Below are positions 47,838-57,839 of a stretch of 64,000 nucleotides of DNA, piece by piece. Source of the stretch: Thermodesulfobacteriota bacterium (GTDB lineage: Bacteria > Desulfobacterota > Binatia > Bin18); NCBI GenBank assembly GCA_964291405.2, contig OZ219926.1:4576001-4640000 (forward strand), read 5' to 3'. Position 1 is the first letter of the stretch, and each line of letters begins with the position of its first letter. The notes under the pieces were generated by a model. The model saw only the letters and a list, made by a program, of their open reading frames with translations. It made no database searches and was not told the origin of the DNA. Position numbers and translations under genes: made by a program.

Positions 47838-48761
47838 CTACTGTACCGACCCTTCGTAAATCCCCATCACGGTGTCCAGGAATTTGTGCGCGTCTTCTTT
47901 TATGCGCTGAAAGGAGTTCCGACCAATAATCGATCCAAACCCGCCGCCGTCACGAATCGCGCGGACTTCGTCGAAGAATTCCTCATCGCCTTTGGCCGCA
48001 CCGCCCGAGAAGATGACAATCCGTTTGTTGTTGAACGCACTCTGTACGACGTGGCGGACACGTTCGGCCGGCGTTTCAATGGGTACGTGATGTTTCTGAT
48101 ACGCCTTTTGCGCCTCGGATAATTCAATATGACTGCTGGGCAGCTTGACCTTAATGATATGCGCCCCCATCTGGGCGGCAATCTGCGCGGCATAGGCCAC
48201 GACATCAATCGCCGTCTCCCCAGCCTTACTCAGGTCCGAGCCGCGCGGGTAGGACCACACGACGACCGCCAGCCCCTTGGACTTGGCCTCTTTAGTGATT
48301 TCCCGCAGTTGTTCGTACATGGTCTGGGCCGCGGATGAGCCCGGATAGATCGTAAACCCAACTGCGGCACAGCCGAGCCGGAGCGCGTCGTCAACGCTGC
48401 TCGTGACCGCCGACAGGGGGTCTTTTTCATCGTGCAGTACGTCGTGATTGTTGAGCTTGAGGATAAGGGGAACCCGGTCGAGGAAAGTATCGGCTCCAGC
48501 TTCGAGAAAGCCCAGCGGGGCGGCATAAGCATTACAGCCGGCGTCAATGGCAAGCTGGAAGTGGTAGTCCGGGTCGTAGCCTGAGGGATTCGGTGCAAAG
48601 CTCCGAGCCGGCCCGTGCTCAAAGCCCTGGTCAACCGGCAGGATGACCAGCTTTCCGGTGCCGCCGAGGCGGCCATGGTTGAGTAAGCGGGCGATATTCG
48701 TCCGCGAGCCAGGATTGTCACCATCATACCAACTCAGAATTTCTTGTACGCGCTCCGTCAT
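47838..48761 (-). CDS. fbaB: class I fructose-bisphosphate aldolase
   Basis: ILPVDQGFEHGP, GFTIYPGS, WSYPRG, HIIKVK Schiff-base Lys, IIGRNSFQ. Confidence 0.96.
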   Translation of the reverse strand: MTERVQEILSWYDGDNPGSRTNIARLLNHGRLGGTGKLVILPVDQGFEHGPARSFAPNPSGYDPDYHFQLAIDAGCNAYAAPLGFLEAGADTFLDRVPLILKLNNHDVLHDEKDPLSAVTSSVDDALRLGCAAVGFTIYPGSSAAQTMYEQLREITKEAKSKGLAVVVWSYPRGSDLSKAGETAIDVVAYAAQIAAQMGAHIIKVKLPSSHIELSEAQKAYQKHHVPIETPAERVRHVVQSAFNNKRIVIFSGGAAKGDEEFFDEVRAIRDGGGFGSIIGRNSFQRIKEDAHKFLDTVMGIYEGSVQ

Positions 48762-48807
48762 GGTCCTACCTCCTCACGTGCGTTCTTGAGATACATATCA
48801 GTGCCGT

Positions 48808-49803
48808 TTATGCATAAAAAGACTCTGCCGTTTCCACATCCTCGGCGCTGCCAATGAAGAGGGGGGTACGCTGGTGCAGAGCCTCGGGAACAAGGTCCAG
48901 GATCGGCCGCCGACCGTTACTGGCCCGGCCGCCGGCTTGTTCGATGACCAAGGCCATAGGCGCGGCCTCGTACATCAGCCGTAGCTTGCCGTTCGTGTTC
49001 TTGGGGTCGGCTGGATAGATAAAGATGCCGCCTTTCAGCAAGGTGCGGTGGAAATCCGCGACAAAGGAACCGACGTAGCGCCCGGAGTAGGGCCGTCCGG
49101 AGGCTTTGTCTTTCTGTTGCACGTATTCGACGTAGTGTCGCGTTTCGGGAAACCAGTCGTTGCGGCGGCCTTCGTTGATGCTATACGTCGAGCCACGGCG
49201 CGGAATATGAATATTCTCGTGCGACAGAAAAAAATCGCCAATACCGGGGTCAAGGGTAAAACCGTGCACGCCCGCGCCCGCGGTATAGACCAGCATGGTA
49301 TTGGGACCATACAACGCATAGCCGGCTGCAACCTGGTCTCTGCCCTTGAGGTGGAGCGCCTTTTTTAAGGTTTCACCGCTACCCGCCGGACGACGGTGTA
49401 TGGAGAAAATGGAGCCAATTGTGACATCGACGTCGATATTGGACGAGCCGTCCAGCGGATCGACAAAGACAACATACTTCCCCTTGTCGGCATTCCCCAG
49501 GATCTGGGCTGGCTGGTCCATCTCTTCGGACACCATGTCCGACACGAGTTCGCCGTAGGCAAACGATTCGAGGAAGGCGTCATTCGAGATTTCGTCTAAT
49601 TTCTGAACGATTTCGCCCTGGATGTTGATCTCGTCTTTTGCCCCGAGCGCCCCGGTCAGCCCGGCAACCCTCAGCCGTCGGGAGATTCTCTTTGCGGCCA
49701 GCGCAATTTGGGACAAGAGAATGGAGAATTCTCCAGTTGCCCCTGGATGTTGCTGTTGTTGCATGAGAATATGACGGGTTAACGTGATCCTCTCGTCGGA
49801 CAT
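48808..49803 (-). CDS. fbp: class 1 fructose-1,6-bisphosphatase
   Basis: VSEE, DPLDGSSNID, RYVGSFVADFHR, GKLRLMYE. Confidence 0.97.
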   Translation of the reverse strand: MSDERITLTRHILMQQQQHPGATGEFSILLSQIALAAKRISRRLRVAGLTGALGAKDEINIQGEIVQKLDEISNDAFLESFAYGELVSDMVSEEMDQPAQILGNADKGKYVVFVDPLDGSSNIDVDVTIGSIFSIHRRPAGSGETLKKALHLKGRDQVAAGYALYGPNTMLVYTAGAGVHGFTLDPGIGDFFLSHENIHIPRRGSTYSINEGRRNDWFPETRHYVEYVQQKDKASGRPYSGRYVGSFVADFHRTLLKGGIFIYPADPKNTNGKLRLMYEAAPMALVIEQAGGRASNGRRPILDLVPEALHQRTPLFIGSAEDVETAESFYA

Positions 49804-50087
49804 ACCATCCTCCTTACGCAGCTATTCTTCATATTACACGACCCGGTTTTCTTTCCTATCACAGGAAAGCAGGGAGCGCCAAAGCGGGTGCTGTCCTGCG
49901 CGTACAGGAGAGCGCGGCGCTCTAAATTATAGGCGAGTCAAAGACTGGTGAGACGTGTTCCAAGCGCTCTGCCGCGGGTGTTTGCTCTTGCCAAAACTCC
50001 GCCCGCGCAAGACTGAAAACGAGGGCTGCGCCAACGAGATAGACCAGGGAGAGCCATGCATGCCTGGCGCCCATATCAGTGTGCACT

Positions 50088-50909
50088 TCACTGCAAAAAC
50101 CGCGTGACGACCTCTGCCGTGTGTTGCGGCTGTTCAAGCCAGAGGGCATGCGCGGCGTCCGCAACCCGGACAAGCTCGGCCTCGGGTAAGCCGGCCTGAT
50201 ACACATCGGCTACCGCGGTTGGCACAAGCCGATCTCCCGCAGCGGAGACAAGAAGCGTCGGAGTTGTGACGCGGTAGAGACGGTCTTTCAGGCGAGGGTT
50301 GTAGAGCGACGGGGGGGTCCAGCCGATACGGGCCGAGACCATCTGCGCCTTATAGAATAAAAACTGGGACTCGGGTGACATGTCATCCGGGATAGCTCCC
50401 ATGGCCAATTCCGAATTCTGGTCAGAAAAGATCAACTCCCGGACTTCATGGTTGCCGCCTTCCGCCTTGGGTGTCACGGCATAGAAGAAATTGCCGATTC
50501 GGGCTTCCGGCGTAGAGATGCCGAGCGGGTTAACGAGCACGAGTTTGTGTAAGCGGTGCGCATGCCGGGTTGCCAGTTCGGTTGCGACCCAGCCACCTAG
50601 GGCCGTGCCGACCAGGTGTACGGTGTCCAGTTTCAAGGCATCCAGCACATCGAGGCAGAAGAAGACCATGTCCTCAACCGTCTCTAACTCGTCATAGCCC
50701 TCGGTCTCCGCATAGCCGGGTAGGGCGGGTGCGTAGATGGTAAACGACTGCGCGAGAGCTTCGTGAAAAGTGGTTAGCCCACTGTCGGCCGGGAGGCTAT
50801 GCAGGTCCGCAACCAGGCCGTGCAGATAGAGTAGGGGAGGGCCAGAACCGTCTTGCAGGAGGTGGACTTTCTGGTTGCGGATGGTCAAGGTTTCTGAGCG
50901 GAGTGTCAT
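50088..50909 (-). CDS. alpha/beta hydrolase fold protein with Ser-to-Ala at the nucleophile elbow
   Basis: PLLYLHG, LPGY, LVGTALGGW (GxAxG instead of GxSxG), GDRLVP, AAHAL. Confidence 0.88.
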   Translation of the reverse strand: MTLRSETLTIRNQKVHLLQDGSGPPLLYLHGLVADLHSLPADSGLTTFHEALAQSFTIYAPALPGYAETEGYDELETVEDMVFFCLDVLDALKLDTVHLVGTALGGWVATELATRHAHRLHKLVLVNPLGISTPEARIGNFFYAVTPKAEGGNHEVRELIFSDQNSELAMGAIPDDMSPESQFLFYKAQMVSARIGWTPPSLYNPRLKDRLYRVTTPTLLVSAAGDRLVPTAVADVYQAGLPEAELVRVADAAHALWLEQPQHTAEVVTRFLQ

Positions 50910-50993
50910 AGTAAGGTGTCCTGTCAGTCTGGATCGTGCACGTGCAAGACAAGAGGAGCCGGAAGGCTGGAGCAACCGGTCTCGCTATCTTGT

Positions 50994-52235
50994 TCAGGCC
51001 GAAGCCGGAGCGGGCTGGGCGTCCAGTGCAGGGGCAGGCTCAAACTCTGCTCCGACGTGTCTGCGCACATAGGGAAAGACTTCGCCGGCCAGCAGTTCCA
51101 TATTCTTGCGGGTCAGATGATCGGGTAGGCTGCCGAACTGCGGTAGGGCAAGAATATGTCCGACCTTGAACTCCGCTACGTATTTGAGGAGTTGTTCCCG
51201 TACCGTCTGCGGACTGCCAATCAGGACCGAGCCGCCCGCTTCGATATCATCCCAATTCTTGGCATGGCCGAGTTGCCAGTTGCTCTCCGAGGCATGGCCG
51301 CTGCCCGGATCGTTGAGTTCCTGGAGACGCTGGAGCGATCGGAGCGAGGTGTAGCCCGGAGGCATCCAGGTTCGGCCCTTACCGGCAAAGCCTTTGAGCA
51401 GCTTGTCAATGAAATACCAGATATGTTCTTCCGCTTCTTCTCGTGCCTTCTGGTCGGTTTCCGCCACATACATGGGAACCAGCCAGCCCAGCATTTCCGG
51501 GTGATAGGGAGACGAGCCAACCCGCGCCACGGTCTCTTGAAAGAAGGCCGCATTCCGACGAAAAGCCTCAACGTGCGAGTAGGTCAGGGCCGCATAAATA
51601 AGCCCTTTCTGGGCGACGAACTCCATGGTTTCAATACTACCCACCCCGGGAATCCACACGGGCGGGTGCGGGGACTGTACGGGTCGTGGCCAGGTGTTGA
51701 CGTATTGGAGCGGAAAATGTTTGCCCTCCCAGGAGAACGGGCCTGGGTCGGTCCAGGCTTTGAGAATGAGCTCGGTGGCTTCGCGGAAGCGTTCTCGGGC
51801 ATAGGTCGGATTCTTGCTGTACGAATAGTACTCGGGGCCACCGCCGACGACAAAGCCGCAGTCAAATCTCCCCCGGAACATATTGTCGAGCATGGCAAAT
51901 TCTTCGGCGACTTTGAGCGGGACATCGTAGAGCGGCAGGCCGTTGCCCAGCACCATGACACGGGCCTGTGTGATCCGCTGTGACAGCGCGGCGGCGATCA
52001 AATTGGGCGAAGGCATAATACCATAGGCATTCTGGTGATGCTCATTGATGACCACCCCGTCGAAGCCCAGCGTATCGGCATAGGCGAGCTGATCGATATA
52101 CTGATGATAGACCTCCGGGCCACGCTCGGGGTCAAACAGGCTGTTTGAACACGTGACCCAAGCCGTGTCGTATTGCTCGGTAAAATTCTCGGGCAGATGT
52201 GGCCACGGCATGAGATGAAACATCCAGAATTTCAT
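50994..52235 (-). CDS. LLM-class (luciferase-like) flavin/deazaflavin-dependent oxidoreductase
   Basis: LGFDGVVINEHH, MPSPNL, VAEEFAMLD, ERFREA, WPRPVQSPHPPVWIPG, IGSPQTVRE. Confidence 0.95.
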   Translation of the reverse strand: MKFWMFHLMPWPHLPENFTEQYDTAWVTCSNSLFDPERGPEVYHQYIDQLAYADTLGFDGVVINEHHQNAYGIMPSPNLIAAALSQRITQARVMVLGNGLPLYDVPLKVAEEFAMLDNMFRGRFDCGFVVGGGPEYYSYSKNPTYARERFREATELILKAWTDPGPFSWEGKHFPLQYVNTWPRPVQSPHPPVWIPGVGSIETMEFVAQKGLIYAALTYSHVEAFRRNAAFFQETVARVGSSPYHPEMLGWLVPMYVAETDQKAREEAEEHIWYFIDKLLKGFAGKGRTWMPPGYTSLRSLQRLQELNDPGSGHASESNWQLGHAKNWDDIEAGGSVLIGSPQTVREQLLKYVAEFKVGHILALPQFGSLPDHLTRKNMELLAGEVFPYVRRHVGAEFEPAPALDAQPAPASA

Positions 52236-52336
52236 AGGCTTTCCCTTTGCGCAGTGAGTATCCGCCTCTGACTACCACAGATAGTCGCAGGAGCGCAAAG
52301 GCGGGCGCAGGGCGGAGCACCAGCGGGAAGAGCGGG

Positions 52337-54625
52337 TCACCCTACTTCGGCGGGTGTTTCGTGGTCCGTATCCTGGGGTGGTTCGAGCGGGAGGATCACC
52401 CGCATCTCGGTGAAGACGCCCACCTCGGTGTCGAGATGGATGGAACCACCGTGGCGGGTGAGGATGTCTGTGATGAGCGACAGGCCAAGCCCGGTCCCCT
52501 CGCCCGGCTTCTTCGTGGTCACGAAGGGTTCGAAGATCCGTTCGCGCAGTTCTTCCGGAATACCGGGGCCGTTGTCGCGGATGTCGAACTCGGCGTGATC
52601 CTCCAGACGACGGCTGGCGATACGCAGTTCCGGCGCAAAGCCCCCGTCCGAGTTTAGGCGTTTTTCATCGAGGGCCTGGCAGGCATTCGTGACAAGGTTG
52701 AGGAACACCCGGCCGATATCTTGGGGAACAACTTCGAGCAGGCCCATTGCCGGGTCGAGGTCTTGCGTCAGCGTCATATTGAAGTCCGAATTATGGGCGC
52801 GCACCGCGTGATAAGAGAGGTCTACGTATTGCTTCAACAGGGCGTTGACATCGGTCTCCCGCCAATTCCCCGGCCCGCTGCGGGAGTGTTCGAGCATGCT
52901 CCGCACAATGCCGTCGGCGCGTTGGCTATGCTCCTTGACCTTCTGGAGGTTCAGCCTGAGGTCGGAGAGGATAGGGGTGATTTCTTCAGACAGCTCGACC
53001 TCTCCCGTTTTCGCCTCCTCCATGACTTCCTCGATCTCATCAACCAACTCGACGGACACCTCGGAGAAGTTGCTCACAAAGTTGAGCGGATTCTTGATTT
53101 CATGGGCCACCCCGGCTGTGAGTTGGCCGAGCGAGGCGAGTTTTTGCTCGGCGACAATCTGTTCCTGCGCCTGCTCGAGATGTTCCAAGGTCTGTTCAAG
53201 GGTGTGATTCTTCGCGTCCAGCTCTTCAGCCAGCTTCTCGACCAGGTTCAACCGCTGCACTTCCAGGGCGTAGCGTCGAAACACTTCCAGGGCGTTGGCC
53301 ATATCCGTCACTTCGTCATTGCCCTTCACCTCAACCGGCACTTCCAGGTCGCCGCCGGCCATGGAGCGCATGGCTGTGGCTAGCCCGACCAGGCGGCGGA
53401 TCATATAGCGTCCCACAAATAACCAGCCGAGGAGGAGGGCGCCCGAGATGCTCAGGACGTTGAGGACTCCGAGGATCAACCGCCCGGTCTGGGCCGCAGA
53501 CTGGGCAGCGTTGCTGGATTCGACCGCCTCAGCGTTGATCTCGGTAACCAAGGTGTTCACCTCGGTCAGGAGCAGGGCGGAAGCCTCGCGGCCTTTTGCC
53601 AGCGCTGCCTGCTCCTGCTCCAGGCGCAGCAGGGTTTCTTCGCGCAGGGGGATGATCCCGGTATCGACCACCGCACTGGCCAGCGAGGGAAGGGCTTCTT
53701 CGCGCAAGGGGGCGCTCCCTTCATTAGTCTCCCCCATCTGGGCTAGGCGCTCCAGGTCGGTCCCAAGCAGGCTGTCAGGGGTCCGCGCCGACAGCCGCTC
53801 ATAGGCGCGCCGGAAGTTCTGCACAGTACTGCGGAAGCGCTCGCGGAGGGGCGGAAGCAGGCCCCGGTCAGACAGGACCAAGGCATTGCTCAACAGGAGC
53901 ACGGCGAGGTTGGCCTGGTGGTTCAGGCTCGTCAGGTCTCGGGAGTAGGCGAGTTCGGTTTCGGAGGCGCGCTCATTGATCGGGCTCGGCTGGTCTTGTA
54001 GGCGGCGCAGCCCTTCCACCAGATAGAATTCCTGGTCGTCGATCAGGGTCACGATGTGTTGTTCGATGCGTCGGTTCGTCTCGGCGAGTTCCAGATTGAG
54101 TCCTTCCAGCGTCTGGGAGATGACAAGGCGGCGGGCGGCCGACTGTTGGATGAGTTCCAGGTGGATACTCAGTTCGGCGAGGTGGTCTTCGATCAGCCGG
54201 GTCCGCTCACCAAAGGCGGTCTGGGAGGAGAGTTCCTGGATGAGAGTGCTGAGGGCAGACTGTTCTCTGGCCAACTCTTCGGCCACTGTCCCGTGCTCCT
54301 GGAGCGAAGAGGCAGCAATGAGGCGGAGGGCGCCGTTCACCACAACCGAACTCTGGCGCGCCGCGTCGACCGCACTACTCAGGTTGGGGATGCTGGATTC
54401 TGTCAGCCGAGAGCCATACTGGACGATCTGGTGAAAGGAGAAATAGGCCACCAAGCTGGCACTCAGGGTCAGCAGGACGCCGCCCAGCAGACCGGTATAG
54501 AGTTGTGGCCCGATCCCGAGACGGAACCTGTGTCCCTTTTCTGGTTCCGCTCCCTCTGACGAGGGAGAAGGGCGTAGGGCGAGGGCTTTTCCAGGGGCGG
54601 TGACGGGGCGGTCGTCGTGGCTCAT
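52337..54625 (-). CDS. membrane sensor histidine kinase (helical TorS-like periplasmic domain, HAMP, HisKA, HATPase)
   Basis: 2 TMs, MAGGDL...DEVTDMANALEVFR, KLASLGQLTAGVAHEIKNPLNF, NLVTNA, DNGPGI, GTGLGL. Confidence 0.95.
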   Translation of the reverse strand: MSHDDRPVTAPGKALALRPSPSSEGAEPEKGHRFRLGIGPQLYTGLLGGVLLTLSASLVAYFSFHQIVQYGSRLTESSIPNLSSAVDAARQSSVVVNGALRLIAASSLQEHGTVAEELAREQSALSTLIQELSSQTAFGERTRLIEDHLAELSIHLELIQQSAARRLVISQTLEGLNLELAETNRRIEQHIVTLIDDQEFYLVEGLRRLQDQPSPINERASETELAYSRDLTSLNHQANLAVLLLSNALVLSDRGLLPPLRERFRSTVQNFRRAYERLSARTPDSLLGTDLERLAQMGETNEGSAPLREEALPSLASAVVDTGIIPLREETLLRLEQEQAALAKGREASALLLTEVNTLVTEINAEAVESSNAAQSAAQTGRLILGVLNVLSISGALLLGWLFVGRYMIRRLVGLATAMRSMAGGDLEVPVEVKGNDEVTDMANALEVFRRYALEVQRLNLVEKLAEELDAKNHTLEQTLEHLEQAQEQIVAEQKLASLGQLTAGVAHEIKNPLNFVSNFSEVSVELVDEIEEVMEEAKTGEVELSEEITPILSDLRLNLQKVKEHSQRADGIVRSMLEHSRSGPGNWRETDVNALLKQYVDLSYHAVRAHNSDFNMTLTQDLDPAMGLLEVVPQDIGRVFLNLVTNACQALDEKRLNSDGGFAPELRIASRRLEDHAEFDIRDNGPGIPEELRERIFEPFVTTKKPGEGTGLGLSLITDILTRHGGSIHLDTEVGVFTEMRVILPLEPPQDTDHETPAEVG

Positions 54626-55791
54626 TGCGACACCATTTTCTGGACTGGCTGAAAGCGTCCCTGACTATCAATGATGGTCAGGTAGACCTGGTCGGAGCCC
54701 TGATTGTCGGCCGGACCATAGCGCAGCAGGAAGCCGTCGAGGTCGATGGTCTCAGCCATCCGTAGCGCGTCCAGAAATCCTGCTCGGGTCGGGTTGGGTC
54801 CGGCCAGACGGAGGCCCTCTGCCACGAGGCGACCCGCTAAATACCCTTCCAGTGATACGAAGCCCGGTGGACTCTCCGGGTCCACCGCGGCCAGGGCTTG
54901 CTGATAGTGCGCGACAACCGGGAGGCTGACGTCGGTGGGGAAGGGAACAACCTGGGTGACATAGACCCCAGCCCCGTCAGAACCGAGTTCTCTCGCCAAA
55001 GCAGAACTCCCCACAAAGGAAATATTGATGAAATACGGGTTGAAGTCGAGCCGCCTCGCCCAGCGGATCAGGGCGGCTGCGGGTCTGTAGGCCCCGATGA
55101 TGACAATCGCCTCGGGCCGGGAGCGGCGCAGATCGAGCAGCGCGACTTTGACTGCCTCGGTGTTGCGCGGATAGTCCGCTTCCGCGACGAGGGGCAGGTT
55201 AAGACGGGCAACGGCGCGGCGTACGCCCGTTAGCCCGGCGCGTCCATAAGAATCGTTCTGGTAGAGAATACCGATCCGCTGCACACCCAGGTCGGCGGTC
55301 AGACGGGCTACCATCTCCTCGGTTTCCTGGTAGTACGAGGCCCGCATATTGAGCACATTGGGCCGGAGCTGGGCATCGCGCAGGAACTCCGCCCCGGTAA
55401 AGGGCGCGAGATAGGGCACACCGGCCTCGGTGGCAATCGGCTGGGCGGCCAGAGATGTCGGAGTCCCAACCGCACCAACCAGGGCGAAGACGTTGCGCTG
55501 GATGAGTTCACGGGTGTTGGCGATGGCCGCTTCGGGCTCATAGGCATCGTCCAGGGAATCCAGGACGAGGCGCTGGCCGTGTATCCCACCCTGCTGGTTG
55601 ATCGTCTCGAAGGCGGCCAACAGGCCGACGCGCATTCCTTGGCCCAGGGCGCGGGCCGGGCCGCTCAGGGCTGCGGACTGGCCGAAGACCAACTCTTCGG
55701 CGCCGACGGGCTGCATGGACTGCAACATCACGCCGGCCCAGGCAACGAGACCCAGGGTGGCGCGAAAAAGGGCGGGGATAGAGCGCATCAT
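54622..55791 (-). CDS. periplasmic LivJ-like (branched-chain amino acid type) solute-binding protein, no transporter adjacent
   Basis: Signal peptide, GQSAALSGP, LDDAYEP, GAVGTP, RASY, YQNDSYG, SLEGY. Confidence 0.93.
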   Translation of the reverse strand: MMRSIPALFRATLGLVAWAGVMLQSMQPVGAEELVFGQSAALSGPARALGQGMRVGLLAAFETINQQGGIHGQRLVLDSLDDAYEPEAAIANTRELIQRNVFALVGAVGTPTSLAAQPIATEAGVPYLAPFTGAEFLRDAQLRPNVLNMRASYYQETEEMVARLTADLGVQRIGILYQNDSYGRAGLTGVRRAVARLNLPLVAEADYPRNTEAVKVALLDLRRSRPEAIVIIGAYRPAAALIRWARRLDFNPYFINISFVGSSALARELGSDGAGVYVTQVVPFPTDVSLPVVAHYQQALAAVDPESPPGFVSLEGYLAGRLVAEGLRLAGPNPTRAGFLDALRMAETIDLDGFLLRYGPADNQGSDQVYLTIIDSQGRFQPVQKMVSQ

Positions 55792-56978
55792 GTCCCGTCG
55801 ACAGTGGAGGAAGAAAGCAGGGCGCCGAAGCGCATGGCGACACAGGTAATATCATCCGATTGCGGCGCATCTCCGGCAAAGGCCTGCACTTCATCGACGA
55901 TCGTGGTCACAATATCACGGGCAGGTACCTGCCCAAGGCTGGCAAGTTTTGCATCGAGGCGCTCCTCGCCAAACTCCTCATCATTGACGTTCTGGGCCTC
56001 GGTAATGCCATCCGTGTACAGGAAAAGGGTATCCCCAGGGGCAAGCCGAACCTCGCCGTTGTGATATTCGTGTTCAGGGGCGATCCCGAGGACCAGATTC
56101 TCCGTGGTTGGTAGCACCTCGACCCGGGAATCGCTCCGTACCAAACGGGGCGGGTTATGACCACCGTTGCTGTAACGGAAGCTTCCGTCCCGCAGATCAA
56201 ACACCCCATAGAAAAGGGTAATGAAAATACAGGTTTCGTTGTCCTCGGCCAGCAGATCATTCACGAGGCCCAGACAGTCAGCGGGTGACGGGGAATCTCT
56301 GGCCGTTCCTTTGAGGAGGGTCCGCGTCATGAGGGTAAACAGCGCCGCCGGAATCCCCTTGCCTGAGACATCCGCGATGACCAGACCGAGCAGTTCATTG
56401 CTCAGGGGAAAAAAATCGTAGAAGTCCCCGCCGACCTCCCGGGCCGGGATCATGAGTGCCTGGACATCGTGGGTCTCGCTGCTCGGGACCTCCTTGGGCA
56501 GGGCGGACATTTGCACCTGCTGGGCCACATCGAGTTCCCGCTTGAGGACGACGAGCCGGTCCCGTGCCTCCTGGGCGGTTTCTAGGGCGCGGATATGGCT
56601 GAGCGTCTTTTCAATCGTGATGTCGAGATCGTCAAAATTGATCGGCTTAGTCACAAAATCGAAGGCGCCCCGGTTCATGGCGGTGCGGATGTTCTCCATG
56701 TCACCGTAGGCGGAAACGATGACGGCCTGGACGTCGGGTTTGGTGTCTTCGAGTTTGCTCAGTAGCGCAAGCCCGTCCATCACGGGCATGTTGATATCCG
56801 AGAGCACCAGGTGAATGTCCGGGTTCTCGGCGAGCTTTTCGAGCGCTTCCTGGCCATTCCGGGCAAAGACGAAATCGAATTCGCCTTTGCGGATACGACG
56901 GCGGAATTTCTGACGGATAAGCAACTCAAGGTCTTCTTCGTCGTCTACCACAAGGAGTCGGACGGGTGATGTTGTCAA
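55788..56978 (-). CDS. response-regulator receiver fused to PP2C/SpoIIE phosphatase (RsbU/RsbY-like)
   Basis: LVVDDE, SDINMPVMDG, DFVTKP; VGGDFYD, ADVSGKG, GHNPP, YTDGITEA, SDDIT. Confidence 0.96.
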   Translation of the reverse strand: MTTSPVRLLVVDDEEDLELLIRQKFRRRIRKGEFDFVFARNGQEALEKLAENPDIHLVLSDINMPVMDGLALLSKLEDTKPDVQAVIVSAYGDMENIRTAMNRGAFDFVTKPINFDDLDITIEKTLSHIRALETAQEARDRLVVLKRELDVAQQVQMSALPKEVPSSETHDVQALMIPAREVGGDFYDFFPLSNELLGLVIADVSGKGIPAALFTLMTRTLLKGTARDSPSPADCLGLVNDLLAEDNETCIFITLFYGVFDLRDGSFRYSNGGHNPPRLVRSDSRVEVLPTTENLVLGIAPEHEYHNGEVRLAPGDTLFLYTDGITEAQNVNDEEFGEERLDAKLASLGQVPARDIVTTIVDEVQAFAGDAPQSDDITCVAMRFGALLSSSTVDGT

Positions 56979-57007
56979 GGTCTGGTCCCTCTCTTCGGAG
57001 TCGGTGT

Positions 57008-57358
57008 CTACAAGGCCGCCAGCGCTTCGCTCCGGCTCTGACAGATCGTTAGGATGTTGGTGAATCCGCTGATCTCAAAGACATGGGCGATGTGTTCGGC
57101 CAGCCCGCAGAACAGGGCTTTTCCCCCTTCCGCCTGCATCCGTCGGGCCGTCACCAGAAGCACGCGTAAGCCAGCACTACTGATGTAGTTCAGGTCCTCA
57201 AAATCGAAGACGAGTGTCTTCTCGCCCGCATCGAGCTGTTCCCGAACAGCGCTTTCTAGCACCCCCACATTGCTCCCGTCCACTCGTCCCACCGGGCAGA
57301 CGATAACGGCCTTTTCACTGCGTTCGGTTTGCACGGACAGCGCACTTTCATTCGTCAT
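57008..57358 (-). CDS. STAS anti-sigma factor antagonist (RsbV-like)
   Basis: GRVDG, FDFEDLNYISSAGLRVLL, FEISGF. Confidence 0.94.
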   Translation of the reverse strand: MTNESALSVQTERSEKAVIVCPVGRVDGSNVGVLESAVREQLDAGEKTLVFDFEDLNYISSAGLRVLLVTARRMQAEGGKALFCGLAEHIAHVFEISGFTNILTICQSRSEALAAL

Positions 57359-57839
57359 TGGTTTGCCCTCCAATCATGCTTTTCAGGGTAATACGATTGC
57401 GCCCGTCAATGCGCTCATAGGTGCTACTGTCGGTCAGATTTTTTACAAAAAAGATACCGAGCCCGCCGATGGGACGATCCGCAAGTCCCATATCGGTATC
57501 CGGCTCTGGAGCCTCCTCAAACGGGTTATACGCCGCACCGTTGTCCTCGAGTTGAGCCACAACGGTGTCTTGGTCAACGAATAGGCGGAGTCGAAGCTCC
57601 GGTTCGGCGAGATCGGGCAGGGCATAGCACACGCTGTTCGTTACCAGTTCGTCCAGAACGAGGTTCAGGCGACCCTGAAAGTCCCGACTGAGCGCGTGGG
57701 CAGCCCCGAATTCCCGGAGAGTCTGGGCGAGCATGGGAAGGGCGGACAGGTCCGAGGCGAGGGAGATATCAATGCTTGGTTGGGGTTCGCGGGACGACAT
57801 CGGTTTCACCATGATACGCGCGGTGCGTCCGCCGGACAT
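57348..57839 (-). CDS. anti-sigma factor Ser/Thr kinase (RsbW-like)
   Basis: LVLDELVTNSVCYA, EDNGAAYNP, RPIGGLGIFFVK; start abuts the alpha-E stop (or 57812). Confidence 0.93.
   Translation of the reverse strand: MSGGRTARIMVKPMSSREPQPSIDISLASDLSALPMLAQTLREFGAAHALSRDFQGRLNLVLDELVTNSVCYALPDLAEPELRLRLFVDQDTVVAQLEDNGAAYNPFEEAPEPDTDMGLADRPIGGLGIFFVKNLTDSSTYERIDGRNRITLKSMIGGQTNDE

Noticed and set aside
49922-50074. Possible 50-aa peptide MGARHAWLSLVYLVG... after the hydrolase
   Set aside because: Has a hydrophobic stretch but no clear RBS or motif; cannot be supported without homologs
51156-51983. 275-aa plus-strand ORF (similarly 38478-39320 minus, 45137-45877 minus, 598-1302 plus)
   Set aside because: Fully overlap well-supported genes or a tRNA on the opposite strand
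52285-52336. G-rich quasi-repeats (GGGCGCA/GGAGCA) after the kinase stop
   Set aside because: Too degenerate to call a repeat or cassette boundary
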